64,000 nt of DNA from Heterodontus francisci (taxonomy: Eukaryota). The DNA lies in assembly GCF_036365525.1 (NCBI RefSeq), contig NW_027140825.1, positions 1,550,001 through 1,614,000 of the forward strand, given 5' to 3'. Made by a program: the position numbers and the translations under genes. A model generated the notes under the pieces. It was not told the DNA's origin. It was given only the letters and a program-made list of their open reading frames with translations, and did no database searches. Below, in pieces: positions 50,784 to 63,660 of this stretch. Position 1 is the first letter of the stretch. The number at the start of each line of letters is the position of its first letter.

Positions 50784-51287
50784 CTAAAGGCAGCAGGAAA
50801 CACCTGTGGAGGATAAAACTGCTCGGAGCCTCGAACTTCTTTCGTTTTGCAGAGAGAAAGTGTTCATGATAACAAGAAGAGATGGGTTTGAGTGGTAGTG
50901 AGAGATTAGATATACAGGTAGTGGAGAATGTGCAAAGAACAATTAACAAGGATAACACCAGATCTGAGGTGTAACTATCAGGAAGAATTAACTATAAAAC
51001 GACTTGAGTTTTACTGCACTGACACTGAGTTTTCTTCCTCTATATGGTTAACAGAGGGTGCTCTAGGACCATGAATACACAATGGCCTGTAAAACATTTA
51101 ATAGGAAAACAGGAAGAGGCAGAGGTCATCCAGCCCTCCAGCATCATACACATGGACAGGAGAAGGACATTCATCACCTTAGAGAGGGATACACACACAC
51201 AGTGAGAGAGACAAAGAGAGGGAGACCGAGTGTGAGAGAGGGTCAGAACGAGATTTAGAGGAAAACTGACAGAGACAACAGACTGAA

Positions 51288-51472
51288 NNNNNNNNNNNNN
51301 NNNNNNNNNNNNNNNNNNNNNNNNNNNNNNNNNNNNNNNNNNNNNNNNNNNNNNNNNNNNNNNNNNNNNNNNNNNNNNNNNNNNNNNNNNNNNNNNNNNN
51401 NNNNNNNNNNNNNNNNNNNNNNNNNNNNNNNNNNNNNNNNNNNNNNNNNNNNNNNNNNNNNNNNNNNNNNNN
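51288..51472. other. Assembly gap (N)
   Basis: Run of N. Confidence 1.
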
Positions 51473-51886
51473 TACTGAGACAGAGAGGGGTCAGAGAGAC
51501 TGAAACAGATCGACTGAGAGAGAGAGGCGGACAGAGAGACTGAAACAGAGAGAGTGAGAGAGAGAGAGCCTGAGACAGAGAGGGGGATAGAGAGACTGAG
51601 ACAGTGAGAGTGAGACAGAGAGACTGAGAGAGAGAGAGGGGGACAGAGAGACTGAGATAGAGAGGGGGACAGAGAGAGAGAGAGAGAGAGAGAGAGAAGG
51701 AGATTGGCAGCCAATACAATTCTGATTTGTTGACCTGGGGGAATGGGCGTCTCCAACATTGTATCACTTCCTAATGCTCTTCATGTTCCTCCCAATGATT
51801 TGTAAAGAGTGGATTTGGACCTTCACAAGACTCTAAGCTCCTGCTCTCACTCCTGTGTCGATTAAGAGAACACGTTGAAGTGAAAG

Positions 51887-52342
51887 ATGTATCTGTTACT
51901 GGGTCTGATAATCCTGTTTCATTGTAAGTGAGTATGAAATGCAAAGATTATCGTTAATAACCTTCCTCTCCTCTCCCTGTCTCCCTTTCATTCCCAGATG
52001 CTCCCTGTTTACTGATCTCCTCCTCTCTCCATCTCTCTCCCAGATGTGAACTCACAGACTATCCGCCAGACTCCCGCCGCTGTCTCCAGATTTCCTGGGA
52101 AAGGAGTGGAACTGAGGTGCACTGTGGAGGGGATCAGCAGTACCATCTCCATGTACTGGTACAGACAAGAGCCGGGGAAGGAGCTGCTGTTGATGTTTTA
52201 CTCCAATACTGCTAACTATGTGGATCCAGAGGGGACAGTGGATGGTTTCACCGCTGAGAGACCGAATGAGTACGAGTTCAACCTGGAGTCCTCCAGCCTG
52301 TGGGAGAATCACTCGGCCGTGTATTTCTGTGCCTGGAGTCTT
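51887..52342 (+). CDS. TRBV: V18: family A V, potentially functional; leader 51887-51923, V exon 52044-52342
   Basis: MYLLLGLIILFH-Y-VNSQTIRQTP...YFCAWSL. Confidence 0.93.
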
Positions 52343-52381
52343 CACAGTGACTCAGAGCGATGGAGCAGTTCAACAAAAACC
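52343..52381 (+). other. 23-RSS of V18
   Basis: CACAGTG-23-ACAAAAACC. Confidence 0.95.
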
Positions 52382-54430
52382 CCAAAGGCAGCAGGAAATA
52401 CCTGTTTCAGATAAAACCAGGCGGTGCTGCGTCCTGTTGGGTGTTTTTATCATTGGGAACATGTTTTTCACAAGAAGACTGGGCGGATTTAAATAGAAAT
52501 TGAGTGGTTAGATATTGAAACACAGGGGAATTGTGAAATAGACTTTACAGGAATGATATCAGAACACAGAGGTTAAAGTTATCAAGAAAGTTTGAACATC
52601 GGGGGATTATTTCTCCAGAAAGGAGAAGACAAGAGTAAACTTTAAGCGGTCTAAGGGAGATTATTAAAGATTTTAATATCTGAAATGAAGATCAGATAAA
52701 AACAGAAAGACAGACAGACAGTCAGATAGACAGATAGATAGATACGGTGTGGTTTTATTTCACTGCGTTTTCTTTCTCCAAAGGGACAGCAGAGTGCGCT
52801 GTTGGACCATGATAAACATCAGAGTCTGGAACACAGTTTAAGTGACCTGGGAACACAAGGAGAACATTCATCACCTCGAAAACACTCCGCCCTTCAATGA
52901 GTTCGTGACTTATCAATAACTTTCTGTCGCTCCCTCTCTCCATCCCTCTCGCTCCATCCCTCTCTCTCCATCCCTCTCTCTCCATTCCTCTCTAACCATC
53001 CCTCTGTCTCCATCCCTCTCTCTCCATCCCACTCTCTCCATCTCTGTCGCTCCCTCTCTCTCTATTCCCCACTCTACCACTGGCTGCAAAGCTGGCGTAA
53101 AATGGTAGAATGCGAATTAACATTCCTGTCTTTTACAGGGGCAGTGACTGTCTCTCCATGTAGCTCGCTATTTCTCTACCTGTCTGACTTTCCTTCCAAC
53201 TCTCTATTTCTCTACCTCTCTCGATACCAATCTATCTCTCTACCTGGTGATCTATCTCTCTGTCTCTCTATATATTCAACTCTATCTTTAGGTGATTACA
53301 GTTTGTATGAACTAATTAAACATGCTGCACTAATATAATGAATGACCATCATTTCCGGGATTTTCTATACATTGACCAGTAGATGATGTGGTTTGTCATC
53401 AATTATCTATCAAAATCTTTTATCATCTTCAATATCTGTATCACATCGACCATTAAACTTCTCTGCTCTCAGGAGAGAAACCCCCAGCTTCTCCAGTCTC
53501 TCCACAGTAATTGAACTCCCTCATCCCTGGTACCAGTCTTGTTAATCTCCCTCTAACCTTCACTACACAGAGGCGAACAACCCCCCAATGAACAGGAACT
53601 AACTCAGCTCGGAACCCTTAACCATCTGACCGCTGTTTCACACTGTTGAAAGGCGAGATCCCTCTCCAGATAACTTCATCTCTGGGACACCTGCCTCCTG
53701 ACAGCGAGTTCAGAAGAGCACAAGTGTCCTTCTTGAATAATGGTACAACATTCGCTGTCCTCCAGTCCTCTGAGACCACTCCTGTGGCCAGAGAGAATTG
53801 AAAATTTGTGTCAGAAGCCCTGAAATCTCCTCCCTTGCCTCACATAACAGCCTGGGATATGTCTCATCCGGGCTGCGGTCTTATCCACTTTTAAGACTGC
53901 GAAAACAGCTAATACTCCTCCCTTTAAAAGCTAATATGTTCAAGTATATCACAACCCCCCTCCCTGATATCTACACCTACATCATCCTTCTCCATAGTGA
54001 ACATAGTGAAATATGCCGTTCTTACACGGTCTGGCCTATATGTGCCTCCAGACCAACAGCAATGTTGTTGACTATTAACTGCCCAGCAGGTATTCCCGAA
54101 GATGGTTCACCACCACCAACTCAAGGGCAATAAGGGATGGGCACACTCTCCGGGTACAGAGGGTTGTTTCCCTGAATTCTACTCTATCAAATCCCTTTCT
54201 GAAATGTGAACACCTCTATTCAATCTCCCCCTATCCTCCTGTGTTGTATCATTCAACAACATTGCTACACAATGTAATGGGGTGGAGCAGAGTGTGCAGT
54301 AAGTGACTGCCAATCACAATGACAACCGGATGCTGGGTATTTAATTGGATACAATATAGAAACCGCCTGCAAGTGCGTTGTTGAAAACTCCACACGTTCA
54401 CACATCGAGTTAGTATCGAATGAAGAAATC

Positions 54431-55298
54431 ATGTTGCATGAAGTTCTCAGTCTAATCTTGATGGCTGCACTCTTCCCACGTAAGTCAAAGTCAGAAACTG
54501 TGTCGAATAATGTATTGTAATGTCAGCGGTGATTCTGTTCCATAACACTGCTGTGTCAGAGTCTCACTCCAGAACACTTGAGCTCAAAGTCAAAACTAAC
54601 ACCCCAGGTGTCAGGGCTGAGGGAGTGCTGGACTGTCGCAGAGGCAGTACTGCGGGTGTGCTGCACTGTCGCAGAGGCAGTACTGAGGGTGTGCTGCACT
54701 GTCGCAGAGGCAGTACTGAGGGAGTGCAGCACTGTCACAGAGGCAGTACTGAGGGAGTGCAGCACTGTCGCAGAGGCAGTACTGAGGGAGTGCCGCACTG
54801 TTGCAGAGGCAGTACTGAAGGAGTGCTGCACTGTCGCTGAGGCAGTACTGAGGGAGTAACTACATTGGTTGCAAAGCCCTTTCTGATGCCCTAAGGTCCT
54901 GAACGGCGATATATTAATGTAAGCCCTCTCTTTCTTGTAATGCAGCCCCTGCTCCAGTCCATTATTGACTGAAATAATAATTTAATCGATGTTCCGTCCC
55001 ACAGGAATACTCGCCTCCAATGTGGAACAGACACCCTCTATCCTATCGCTTTCCGCAGGAGAGTCGACAACACTCAGATGCACGCTGAAGAATACTGGCT
55101 ATCCTACAATGTCCTGGTACAGACAACAGCCAGACAGGGCACTGGAAGCTCTGTTCAATTCTGCTGGAACAGGGTCTGTCACCAATTACACGTCCGAGTC
55201 ATTTAAGGCAGACAGACCCAGCAATACACTGTTTACTTTGGCACTGAGAGACGCCGCTCCATCTCACACCGCTGTCTATTTCTGCGCTTGTAGTATCG
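54431..55298 (+). CDS. TRBV: V19: family B V, potentially functional; leader 54431-54479, V exon 55005-55298
   Basis: LRCTLKNTGYPTMSWYRQ..YFCACSI. Confidence 0.93.
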
Positions 55299-55337
55299 CA
55301 CAGTGTTTGAGAAAGCGGATCCTCAGCTGCAAAAACC
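55299..55337 (+). other. 23-RSS of V19
   Basis: CACAGTG-23-GCAAAAACC. Confidence 0.95.
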
Positions 55338-55374
55338 TGCAGCGGATGAACGGGAGTTCAGTGCTCATCTTCAA

Positions 55375-55389
55375 CTGGCAGGGGGCAGC
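55375..55389 (+). promoter_or_regulatory. Single RSS-proximal CTCF-type motif
   Basis: CTGGCAGGGGGCAGC. Confidence 0.55.
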
Positions 55390-56711
55390 AGTAGATTGAA
55401 GCTTATTGTTCATATCTATCTGTCCACCTGATTGTTTATCTCTCTGTCTCTCTATCTATCTATCTCTTTACCTGGTTATCTATCTCTCTGTCTCTCTATC
55501 TATCTAACTCTATCTTTAGGTAATTACAGTTTGTTTGAACTAATTAAACATACTGCAGTAATGTAATGAATGACCATCTTTTCATAGATTTTCTATATAT
55601 TGACCAGTAGAAGATGTGATTTGTCATCAATTATCTATCAAAATCCTCTATGATCTTCAATATCTGTATCACATCTAATTAACCTTCTCTGCTCTAAGGG
55701 CAGAAACCCCCAGCTTCTCCAGTCTCTCCACAGTAACTGAAGTCCCTCATCCCTGATACCAGTCTGGTTAATCTCCCTCTAACCTTCACAAAACAGAGGC
55801 GAACAACCCCCCAATGCACAGGAACTAACTCAGCACAGAACCATTAACCATCTGAGCGCTGTTTCACACTGTTCAAAGGCGAAACCCCTCTCCAGATAAC
55901 TTCATCTCTGGGACACCTGCCTCCTGACAGCGAGTTCAGAAGCTGCTGAAAACTCTTTACCCACTTTCACCTCAGACTCGAGTCACATTTAATGTGTTCT
56001 TCAAAGAAGCCAGCAGTTCAGACCAGTGAACAATTTAACCATTTAACTCCCATTCACCACAGAGGTTCGGCAGCAGGGCAGTAATGTTACTGGGCTAGTA
56101 ATCCAGACGCCTGGACTGATGATCCCCAGACTTGAGTTCAATTCCCACCGGGGCAGAAATGCAATTTAAATTCAATTAATTAAATAAATAAAAAATTGTC
56201 ATGGAAAGTATGAGTAATCCTGAACATGGAGTGTCTTAAAAACCCAACGTCTTCATTGATGACCTTCAGGGAAGGAAATCCGCCATTCCTACCCGGTCTG
56301 GCCTATATGTGACTGCAGACCCACAGCAATGTGGTTGACTGTTAACTGCGCCCTGATATGGCCCAGCAGGTATTCCCGAAGATGGTTCACCATCACCTTC
56401 TCAGGGGCAATAAGGGATGGGCACACTCTCTGGGTATAGAGGGTTGCTTCCCTGAATTCTACTCTATCAAATCCCTTTCTGAAATGTGAACACCTCTATT
56501 CAATCTCCCCCTATCCTCCTGTGTTGTATCATTCAACAACATTGCTATGTAAAGTAATGGGGAGGAGCAGAGTGTCGCAGTAAGTGACTGCCAATCACAA
56601 TGACAACCGGATGCTGGGTATTTAATTGGATACAATATAGAAACCGCCTGCAAGTGTGTTGTTGAAAACTCCACACGTTCACACATCGAGTTAGTATCGA
56701 ATGAAGAAATC

Positions 56712-57578
56712 ATGTTGCACGAAGTTCTCTGTCTAATCTTGATGCCTGCCCTGTTCCCACGTAAGTCAAAGTCAGAAACAGAGTCGAATAATGTATTGTA
56801 ATGTTAGGGGTGATTCTGTCCGGAACACTCCTGTGTCTGAGTCTCACTCCAGAACATTTGAGCTCAATGTCAAGGCTGACAAACCACGTGTCAGGACTGA
56901 GGGAGTGCTGCACTGTCGCAGAGGCAGTACTGAGGGAGTGCTGCACTTTCACAGAAGCAGTACTGAGGGAGTGCTGCACTGTCACAGAGGCAGTACTGAG
57001 GGAGTGCTGCACTGTCGCAGAGGCAGTACAGAGTGAGTTCTGCACTGTCGCAGAGGCAGTACTGAGGGACTGCAGCACTGTCGCAGAGGCAGTACTGAGG
57101 GACTGCTGCACTGTCGAATAGGCAGTACTGATGGAGTAACTGCATTTGTTGCAAAGCACTTTCTGATGTCCGGAGGTCCTGAACGGCGCTATATTAATGT
57201 AAGCCCTTTCTTTCTTGCAATGCAGCTCCTGCTCCAATCCATTATTGACTGAAATAATAATCTAATCGATGTTCCATTCCACAGGAATACTCTCCTCCTA
57301 TGTGGAACAGTCACCCTCGATCCTATCGATTGCAGCAGGAGGGTCGACAACACTCAGATGCACGCTGACCAATACTGCCTATTCCTATATGTACTGGTAC
57401 AGACAACAACCAGACAGGGCACTGGAAGCTCTGTTCTATTCTGCTACAGAAGGGTCTGTTACCAATTACACGTCCGAGTCACTTAAGGCAGTCAGAGCCA
57501 GCGATACGCTGTTTACTTTGGCACTGAGAGACGCCGCTCCATCTCACACCGCTGTTTATTTCTGCGCTTGTAGTATTG
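56712..57578 (+). CDS. TRBV: V20: family B V, potentially functional; leader 56712-56760, V exon 57285-57578
   Basis: Open frame, YFCACSI. Confidence 0.93.
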
Positions 57579-57617
57579 CACAGTGTTTGAGAAAGCGGAT
57601 ACTCAGCTGCAAAAACC
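57579..57617 (+). other. 23-RSS of V20
   Basis: CACAGTG-23-GCAAAAACC. Confidence 0.95.
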
Positions 57618-57637
57618 TGCAGCGGATGAACAGGAGT

Positions 57638-58127
57638 TCAGTGCTCATCTTCCACCGGCAGGGGGCAGCAGCAGATTGTATCTCAATGCTCATTTTCCAC
57701 CAGCAGGGGGCAGCAGTAGATTGAATCTCAGTTATCATCTTCCAACGGCAGAGGGGCAGCAGTAGATTGAATCTCAGTTATCATCTTCCACCGGCAGGGG
57801 GCAGCAGTAGATTGAATCTCAGTGCTCATCATCCACTGGCAGGGGGCAGCAGTAGATTGAATCTCAGTGCTCATCTTCCCCCTGCAGGGGGCAGCAGTGG
57901 ATTGAATCTCAGTGCTCAACTTCCACCGGCAGGAGGCAGCAGTAGATTGAATCTCAGTGCTCATCCTCCACCGGCAGGGAGCAGCAGTTGATTGAATCTC
58001 AGTGCTCATCTTCCACCGGCAGGGGGCAGCAGTAGATTGAATCTCAGTGCTCATCTTCCACCGGCAGGGGGCAGCAGTAGATTGAATCTCAGTGCTCATC
58101 TTCCACCGGCAGGGGGCAGCAGTAGAC
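57638..58127 (+). repeat. 45-bp CTCF-motif array, 11 copies
   Basis: CCACCGGCAGGGGGCAGCAGTAG units from 57655 to 58106. Confidence 0.93.
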
Positions 58128-58509
58128 TGACTGCTCATTTTCTGCAACCAGTTCATGGAATCATCTTGGATAACAGAACAGAAGGAGACCATTCGGCCCA
58201 TCTCCCCCGTACTGGCTTATTTGAAAGAACTGTCCAGTTTATGCTCTTCCCCCCTGCTACTTCCCCATAGCCATGCACATTGATTCCATTCACGTGTGCA
58301 ATCCATTGCCTTTTGAATGTTCATGTTCAAGGTGCTTCCAACACCCTTTCAGACAGTGCTAGCCACATCATAACAACTCGCTGCTTAAACAAATCATCAC
58401 ATCTCCCCCCTCCCCCCACTTATTCATCTGCCAGTTACATTTAATCAATGTCTCCTGGTTGCCTTCTGCCGAAAGAAGCAGCTTCTGTTCATTTATAGTT
58501 TTAAAATAA

Positions 58510-59060
58510 TTATTTATTGAGATGTGAGCATCGCTGACCAGTCCAACATTTGCTATCCATCCCAAATTGCCCTTGAGAAGGTGGTGGTGAGCTGCCTTCT
58601 TGAACCACTGCAGTCCATGTGGGGTAGGTCCACCCACGGTCCTGTTAGGAATGGAGTTCCAGGATTTTGACCCAGCGACAGTGAAGGAACGGCGATATAG
58701 TTCCAAGTCAGGATGGTATGTGGCTTGAAGGAGAACCTGCAGTTGGTGATGTTCCCGTGCATCTGCTGTCCTTGTCCTTCTAGGTGTTGGAGGTCGTGGT
58801 TTTGGAAGGTGTTGTCGAAGGAGCCTTGGTGCATTGCTGCAGTGCATTTTCTATATAGTACACACTGCTGCCACTGTGCGTCGGTGGTGGAGGGGTGAAA
58901 GTTTGTGAATGGGGTGCCAATCAAGCGGGCTGTTTTGTCCTGGATGGTATCGAGCTTCTTCAGTGTTGTTGGAGCCACACTCTAGTGGAGAGTATTCCAA
59001 CACACTCCTGACTTGTACCTTATAGATGGTGGACAGGCTTTGGGGAGTCAGGAGGTGAGG
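58510..59060 (-). mobile_element. LINE 3' end (HER1-like, shares tail with the HE1-like SINE)
   Basis: APTTLKKLDTIQDK.ARLIG; AGSKSWNS.P...FKKAAHHHLLKG. Confidence 0.7.
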
Positions 59061-60331
59061 TACTCAAGACTCAACGTGCGCTGCCTGAGTGGGTAGAACT
59101 GTCCTCTCTGAGTTAGAAGGACCCACTCCACAGACTGGAGCCAAGAAAAAGGCTGACACTTTAGTGCCAAAAAACTGCAGGTAAGTCAAAACAAATCCAC
59201 CGAGCAAAAATGTCGTACCGAAATGCATGTTTCATACTATTTTCCCTGATTAAGCAGAATTAACGCACACAATTTTGAATGCAACACAAACGCAACAAAT
59301 TGATGCTAAACCATTTATAAAAAGCCTGTTTTGGCTTCAACCGGTGTGCTACGTCCACTTCTGTACATGACATTGTTGGGAGGATGCAGAGGGTGCAAAG
59401 GAGATTTACAAGGAGGTGACCGGGCGTGAGGGATTTCAGCTATGTGGAGGTGTGGGAGAAGCTGTTCATTGTAACACACAAGGTTCCAAAAAGTCCCAGA
59501 ACCCTATCCAGAAGGTTAGGGGTGCGATGCTGGACCACACCACTGCTCATTCAATCCACACACATTGGAATGTTTCCCATTCCATCCATGGTCTCCTCAC
59601 TTCATGTCAAGTGCATCTATGGAATAGTTAACTTGTCACCCCACTCCTGGTCTAACCTTTAACATTTCCATTGTTACCGAGTCCTGATGGATATTTAAGA
59701 AAGAAAGTGAACATTTACTCTTGTAACATCTCAGCTTTTCTGAAATGACCCTCCCAGCAATGCACACATCCCATCACTGAATACATTCAGATACAATTGG
59801 AAGTGAACAAGCTTGATAATGATGGTAGAGTGAGCATCTTTTCATGGTTATGAGGCTGCTGAGGGTGAGGCTGACACAGATGCTGGCGGTCGGGAGGAGG
59901 GTGACAATGTGGCCTCAGATGGTAATGATGAGTGTGAGGATGGTGTCAGGATGAATGTGGTTATGATCAGGGGAGTATTGAAGGTATTGATGATCCCAAC
60001 ACACCCGCTCATTTAATCACCTCTCCACCACAGAAGATAGTTTACATCACATTTACTCCCTTCCTTTCAGCAACTTTCAAAGACATGAAACAGAACTGCA
60101 GGCCCAGAAACCGATGAGCTGAGGGTCAAACATTGGTCCCTCCCCAGAAATGACGAGTCCTCGGTGAGCCCATGAGCAAAGAAAGAAAGCTTGGCTCCGC
60201 ATAGGCAAGTGTTGAAGATGATGGAGACGGAAGCTATAAATTCCAGTCAGTACCCAGAACTTTGGGGTACTCGACAATACAAGTGCTCAGTCATTTCATA
60301 TAAAACCACACGGATCCTTCACCCTCCAGAG

Positions 60332-60950
60332 ATGGCTGTGTCTCAGCTCTGGGTTGTGTTGTTGGTGTTAACGGGTAAGGAGGTGCCTGAACTGTGAGGT
60401 TACAATGATGTACATGTGTCTCTGCTTCTCAGTCTCTGGCTGTCTTTGTCTCTCTCCTTCTCCCTCCATATTTCGTTCTCTGTCTCTCATCTCTCTCTCT
60501 CTGCCTCTCTGCCTCTAACTGGTCCCCACCGCTCTCTCTATCTCTGTCTGTCTGCCCACTTCTACCTCTTCTTGTTGGTAACGATATGGACATTGTCCCT
60601 GGGTTTATCTCTCTATTTCTCACTCTCTCTCTCTCCCTCTCTGTTTTACAGATGTGGGGGCTGTGTTGATCCAACAGACTCCCGCTTCCATATCCCATTC
60701 CCCAGGCTCTCCAGTCAGGATCCAATGTATTTACACAGAAGCAACAGCAGGCTCCTATTTCTACTGGTACCGATGGCATCTGGACCGTGAGCCTCAGGAC
60801 CTTTTCTATTCCAGCTACGCCGGAACGGTCAACCCCTCAGGTGAGGTGGACGGTTTCACCGCCAGGAGACCCGAAAACACCCATTTTTTCCTGGAGTCCT
60901 CCAGCCTGTGGGTGAATCAATCAGCCGTGTATTACTGTGCCTGGAGTCAG
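60332..60950 (+). CDS. TRBV: V21: family C TCR beta V, potentially functional; leader 60332-60374 (MAVSQLWVVLLVLT), V exon 60652-60950
   Basis: IQQTP..C..WYRW..YYCAWSQ; TATAAAA ~30 bp before ATG. Confidence 0.92.
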
Positions 60951-60989
60951 CACAGTGATTCAGAAAGGCGCCGGAGTTCAGCAAAAACT
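60951..60989 (+). other. 23-RSS of V21
   Basis: CACAGTG-23-GCAAAAACT. Confidence 0.93.
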
Positions 60990-61779
60990 CTAGACATTGT
61001 CAGAGCTCACTTGTGGGAGATAGACCTGTCTATCTGGGGTGTCATTCTATCACTCTGACGATCTGTCAGTTTCTATGTCTACTGTCGAATGAACTGGCTC
61101 TTTGACAGAGTTGTCTGACCAGTTCCCATTCACTGACCAGTTCTCCATTACATTAATAAATCTCCCCATCATCTGCTTCTCCAATTGACATCTGGAAGTT
61201 ACTATTGGATGGTCTTCCACCGCCCTTTCAGTCAGTGTCCTCCACATGATAACAATTCACTGAGGAGAAAGATTCCACTCATCTCCCACTCTGGTTCCTT
61301 TCCCAATTACCTTCAATTCTTGGTCCCTGGTTTATCGACCCTCCTGACAGTAGATACGACCCTCTGGATACAGTTTCTCTTTCAAGACACTTCTGACAAC
61401 ATCTTTCAAATCTCCCCTTACCCTCATTACTCTAATGGACACAAGTCCATACAAATAGGAAATGGTTGATCTTGGAACCTTTAATCATGTCTCTGATGAT
61501 TCATACAGTGCAAAGGCGAGAAACCTCTCCAGATCCGTCTCTGACTGGAACACCTGCCTCCAGACGGCGGCTTCAGCATCTGTTCAAAACTGTTAACCCA
61601 CTTGTCTCTCAGTCTCTCGGTGTCTTTTGAAGAATTTTCACAATGACTGGAGTTCAGTGCGGTGAAGAACTTAACCCTTTAGCTCCCGTTTAGTACAAGT
61701 GGGGGAAGGGGGTGGGGGAGGTGTGGGTGGGGAATGAAACTGTCTTGGCCCTGAAACAAGGCAGCAGGTTGATGGGTCT

Positions 61780-62100
61780 TATTGGATCATAGAATAATGC
61801 AGGACAAATCCAGGCCATTCAGCCCATCGATCCTGGCCTGGCTGTTCGAAAGAGCGACCTCCTCCCATCTCTCTTCATCCTACCCTATCAACAGATTCTC
61901 CTATTCCTTTCTCACTCATGTATTTATTGAGCTCCCCCCTTAACAGTATTGTCTCTATTCGACCTCAACCCATTCCAGTTGGTCGCGAATTCCACATTCT
62001 GACCGCTCCCTGGGTTAAAGAACCTCCTTCTGAATTCCCAATTGGATTTATTAAGGACAACCTTACATTTATGATCCCTCGTTTTCATCTTCCCTGTCCA
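61780..62100 (-). mobile_element. Decayed CR1 3'-end fragment
   Basis: KTRDHKCK....RRRFFN; AGGCCATTCAGCCC tail. Confidence 0.6.
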
Positions 62101-63059
62101 ATTACTCCCACTCCCTGTTCTTTCTGAATATCCCTGCACTTGATCTTGCAGCTTGTCTGCCTCCTTCCCGACATTACAACAGTGACTGCACTTCAAAATG
62201 TATTTGACTGGTTGCGGCTTGAGTGAAGCAGAGAGCTGTCTGGCCGAATGGCGCGGAAGAGTGCATTAACTTCCATCTGGTTCTATGCCACAAGCGCAAA
62301 CGGGAGTCGAGTAGGATGACAAAGCCAATGACTGATACAATTTTAGAGTCTGAGACTGAAACGCCTGCAGAATCGGTGCTTGCAGTTGCACGTGAAGCCA
62401 CTAGGTGCCAGTGTTACTCTAGTGTCGCCGCTGCCCAGAACATGCTCAGACAGAGTGAGCTTTACCCACAGCAGCTCAACAGGTCAACTTGGCTGCTTCT
62501 GAAATGTTTCACTTCTCAACTATTTCACACAAAATATTCCGGCAATGTCAAACAAATCAATGATTTGATATCAGGTAGATGATCTTTAAATCTGATCCTT
62601 TTGGGGTCATTAAGTGACATTAATATCAGTCCAACCTTGAAATAGTTGCAGTCAGATGCCAGTTTGTAGATTTCCAGTTTCTATTTTACAATTACATAGT
62701 CCCAGGTGTTTGTAGGAAACTAGGAGAGAGCCTGAATGTCCATCCTGACTTTAGCACAACTCCCACATGTATCGTGCCAAGTGTAAAGTAACATTTGCCC
62801 CCCATGTTCCCTGTTTCCTGGTGGAAAACGGGAGATCTGGTGCTCACTTCATGTGATCAAGTGAGGGACAGTTTTCAGAACAGAAGGCTTCACAATGACA
62901 TGTTGTGATATCCTCACACCGCTGGTGGAGGTGCTGTATTAATCAGGTCTGTTCTTTGAGGAGGTGAAACTCAGTATGTTGAGGTTTTAAGAGCGGGTTT
63001 GCTTTTGCAGAATGGTGCAAAATAATAAATTAACACGGAAGCTGGAGAGAGTTCACCTT

Positions 63060-63660
63060 CTTAGGCAGTTCCCCCTGGATTGAGGATGACTTGCTTCCAC
63101 TCCGGTTCAATGGGTTCTGAGATGGCTGATGAGTCCAGTGTATGATCTGCAGACTCTGTCACATGAGGGGCAGGTGGTGCTTTGAGGATCAGGCAGGTGA
63201 GTAGTTTGCAGGTTTGTGCGCTCCCTCCGATGCCTCGGCCTTACCTCTGCATGTTCCTTAAGTTCCTCGAGGTGTCCAATGCCTTCCCGTATGTCCTTTC
63301 TCCAACTGGGATGTTCAGGAGCCATGTTCTCCCAGGAGTCAATGCGGATGTTTCATCTCTCCAGGGATGCTGTGAGGACATCTCTAAAACGTTTCCGCTG
63401 TCCTCCTGGGAGTCTCCTGACACGGCTAAGTTCTGAGTAGAACTGCTTCTTTGGGGAGTCTGGTGGCAGGAATGTGAACGACATGTCCCAGCCAGTGGAG
63501 CTGGTTTTGGGTGACTCGAACCCTGACACTAGACAGATTGGTTTGGGAGAGGACGATGCTGTTGGACAACCTGTTTTGCCACTGGATTTGGAGGTTAATG
63601 CGGAGGCACCTCTGGTGTTACTTCTCTTGTGCTTTGAAGTGTCGACTGTAGGTTCTCCAA
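63060..63660 (-). mobile_element. RTE-clade LINE C-terminal fragment
   Basis: WRKDIREGI...CPSCDRVCRSYTGLISHLRTH C2H2-type end. Confidence 0.8.

Noticed and set aside
11112-60989. Alternative identity as Ig VH/VL, NAR-TCR or TCR alpha/delta/gamma, or germline-joined genes
   Set aside because: CAWS/CTCS ends, SQTIHQ starts and a translocon run of V with 23-RSS and no interspersed D/J/C fit TCR beta best; no FGxG J motifs or joined segments seen (locus identity still lacks C-gene confirmation)
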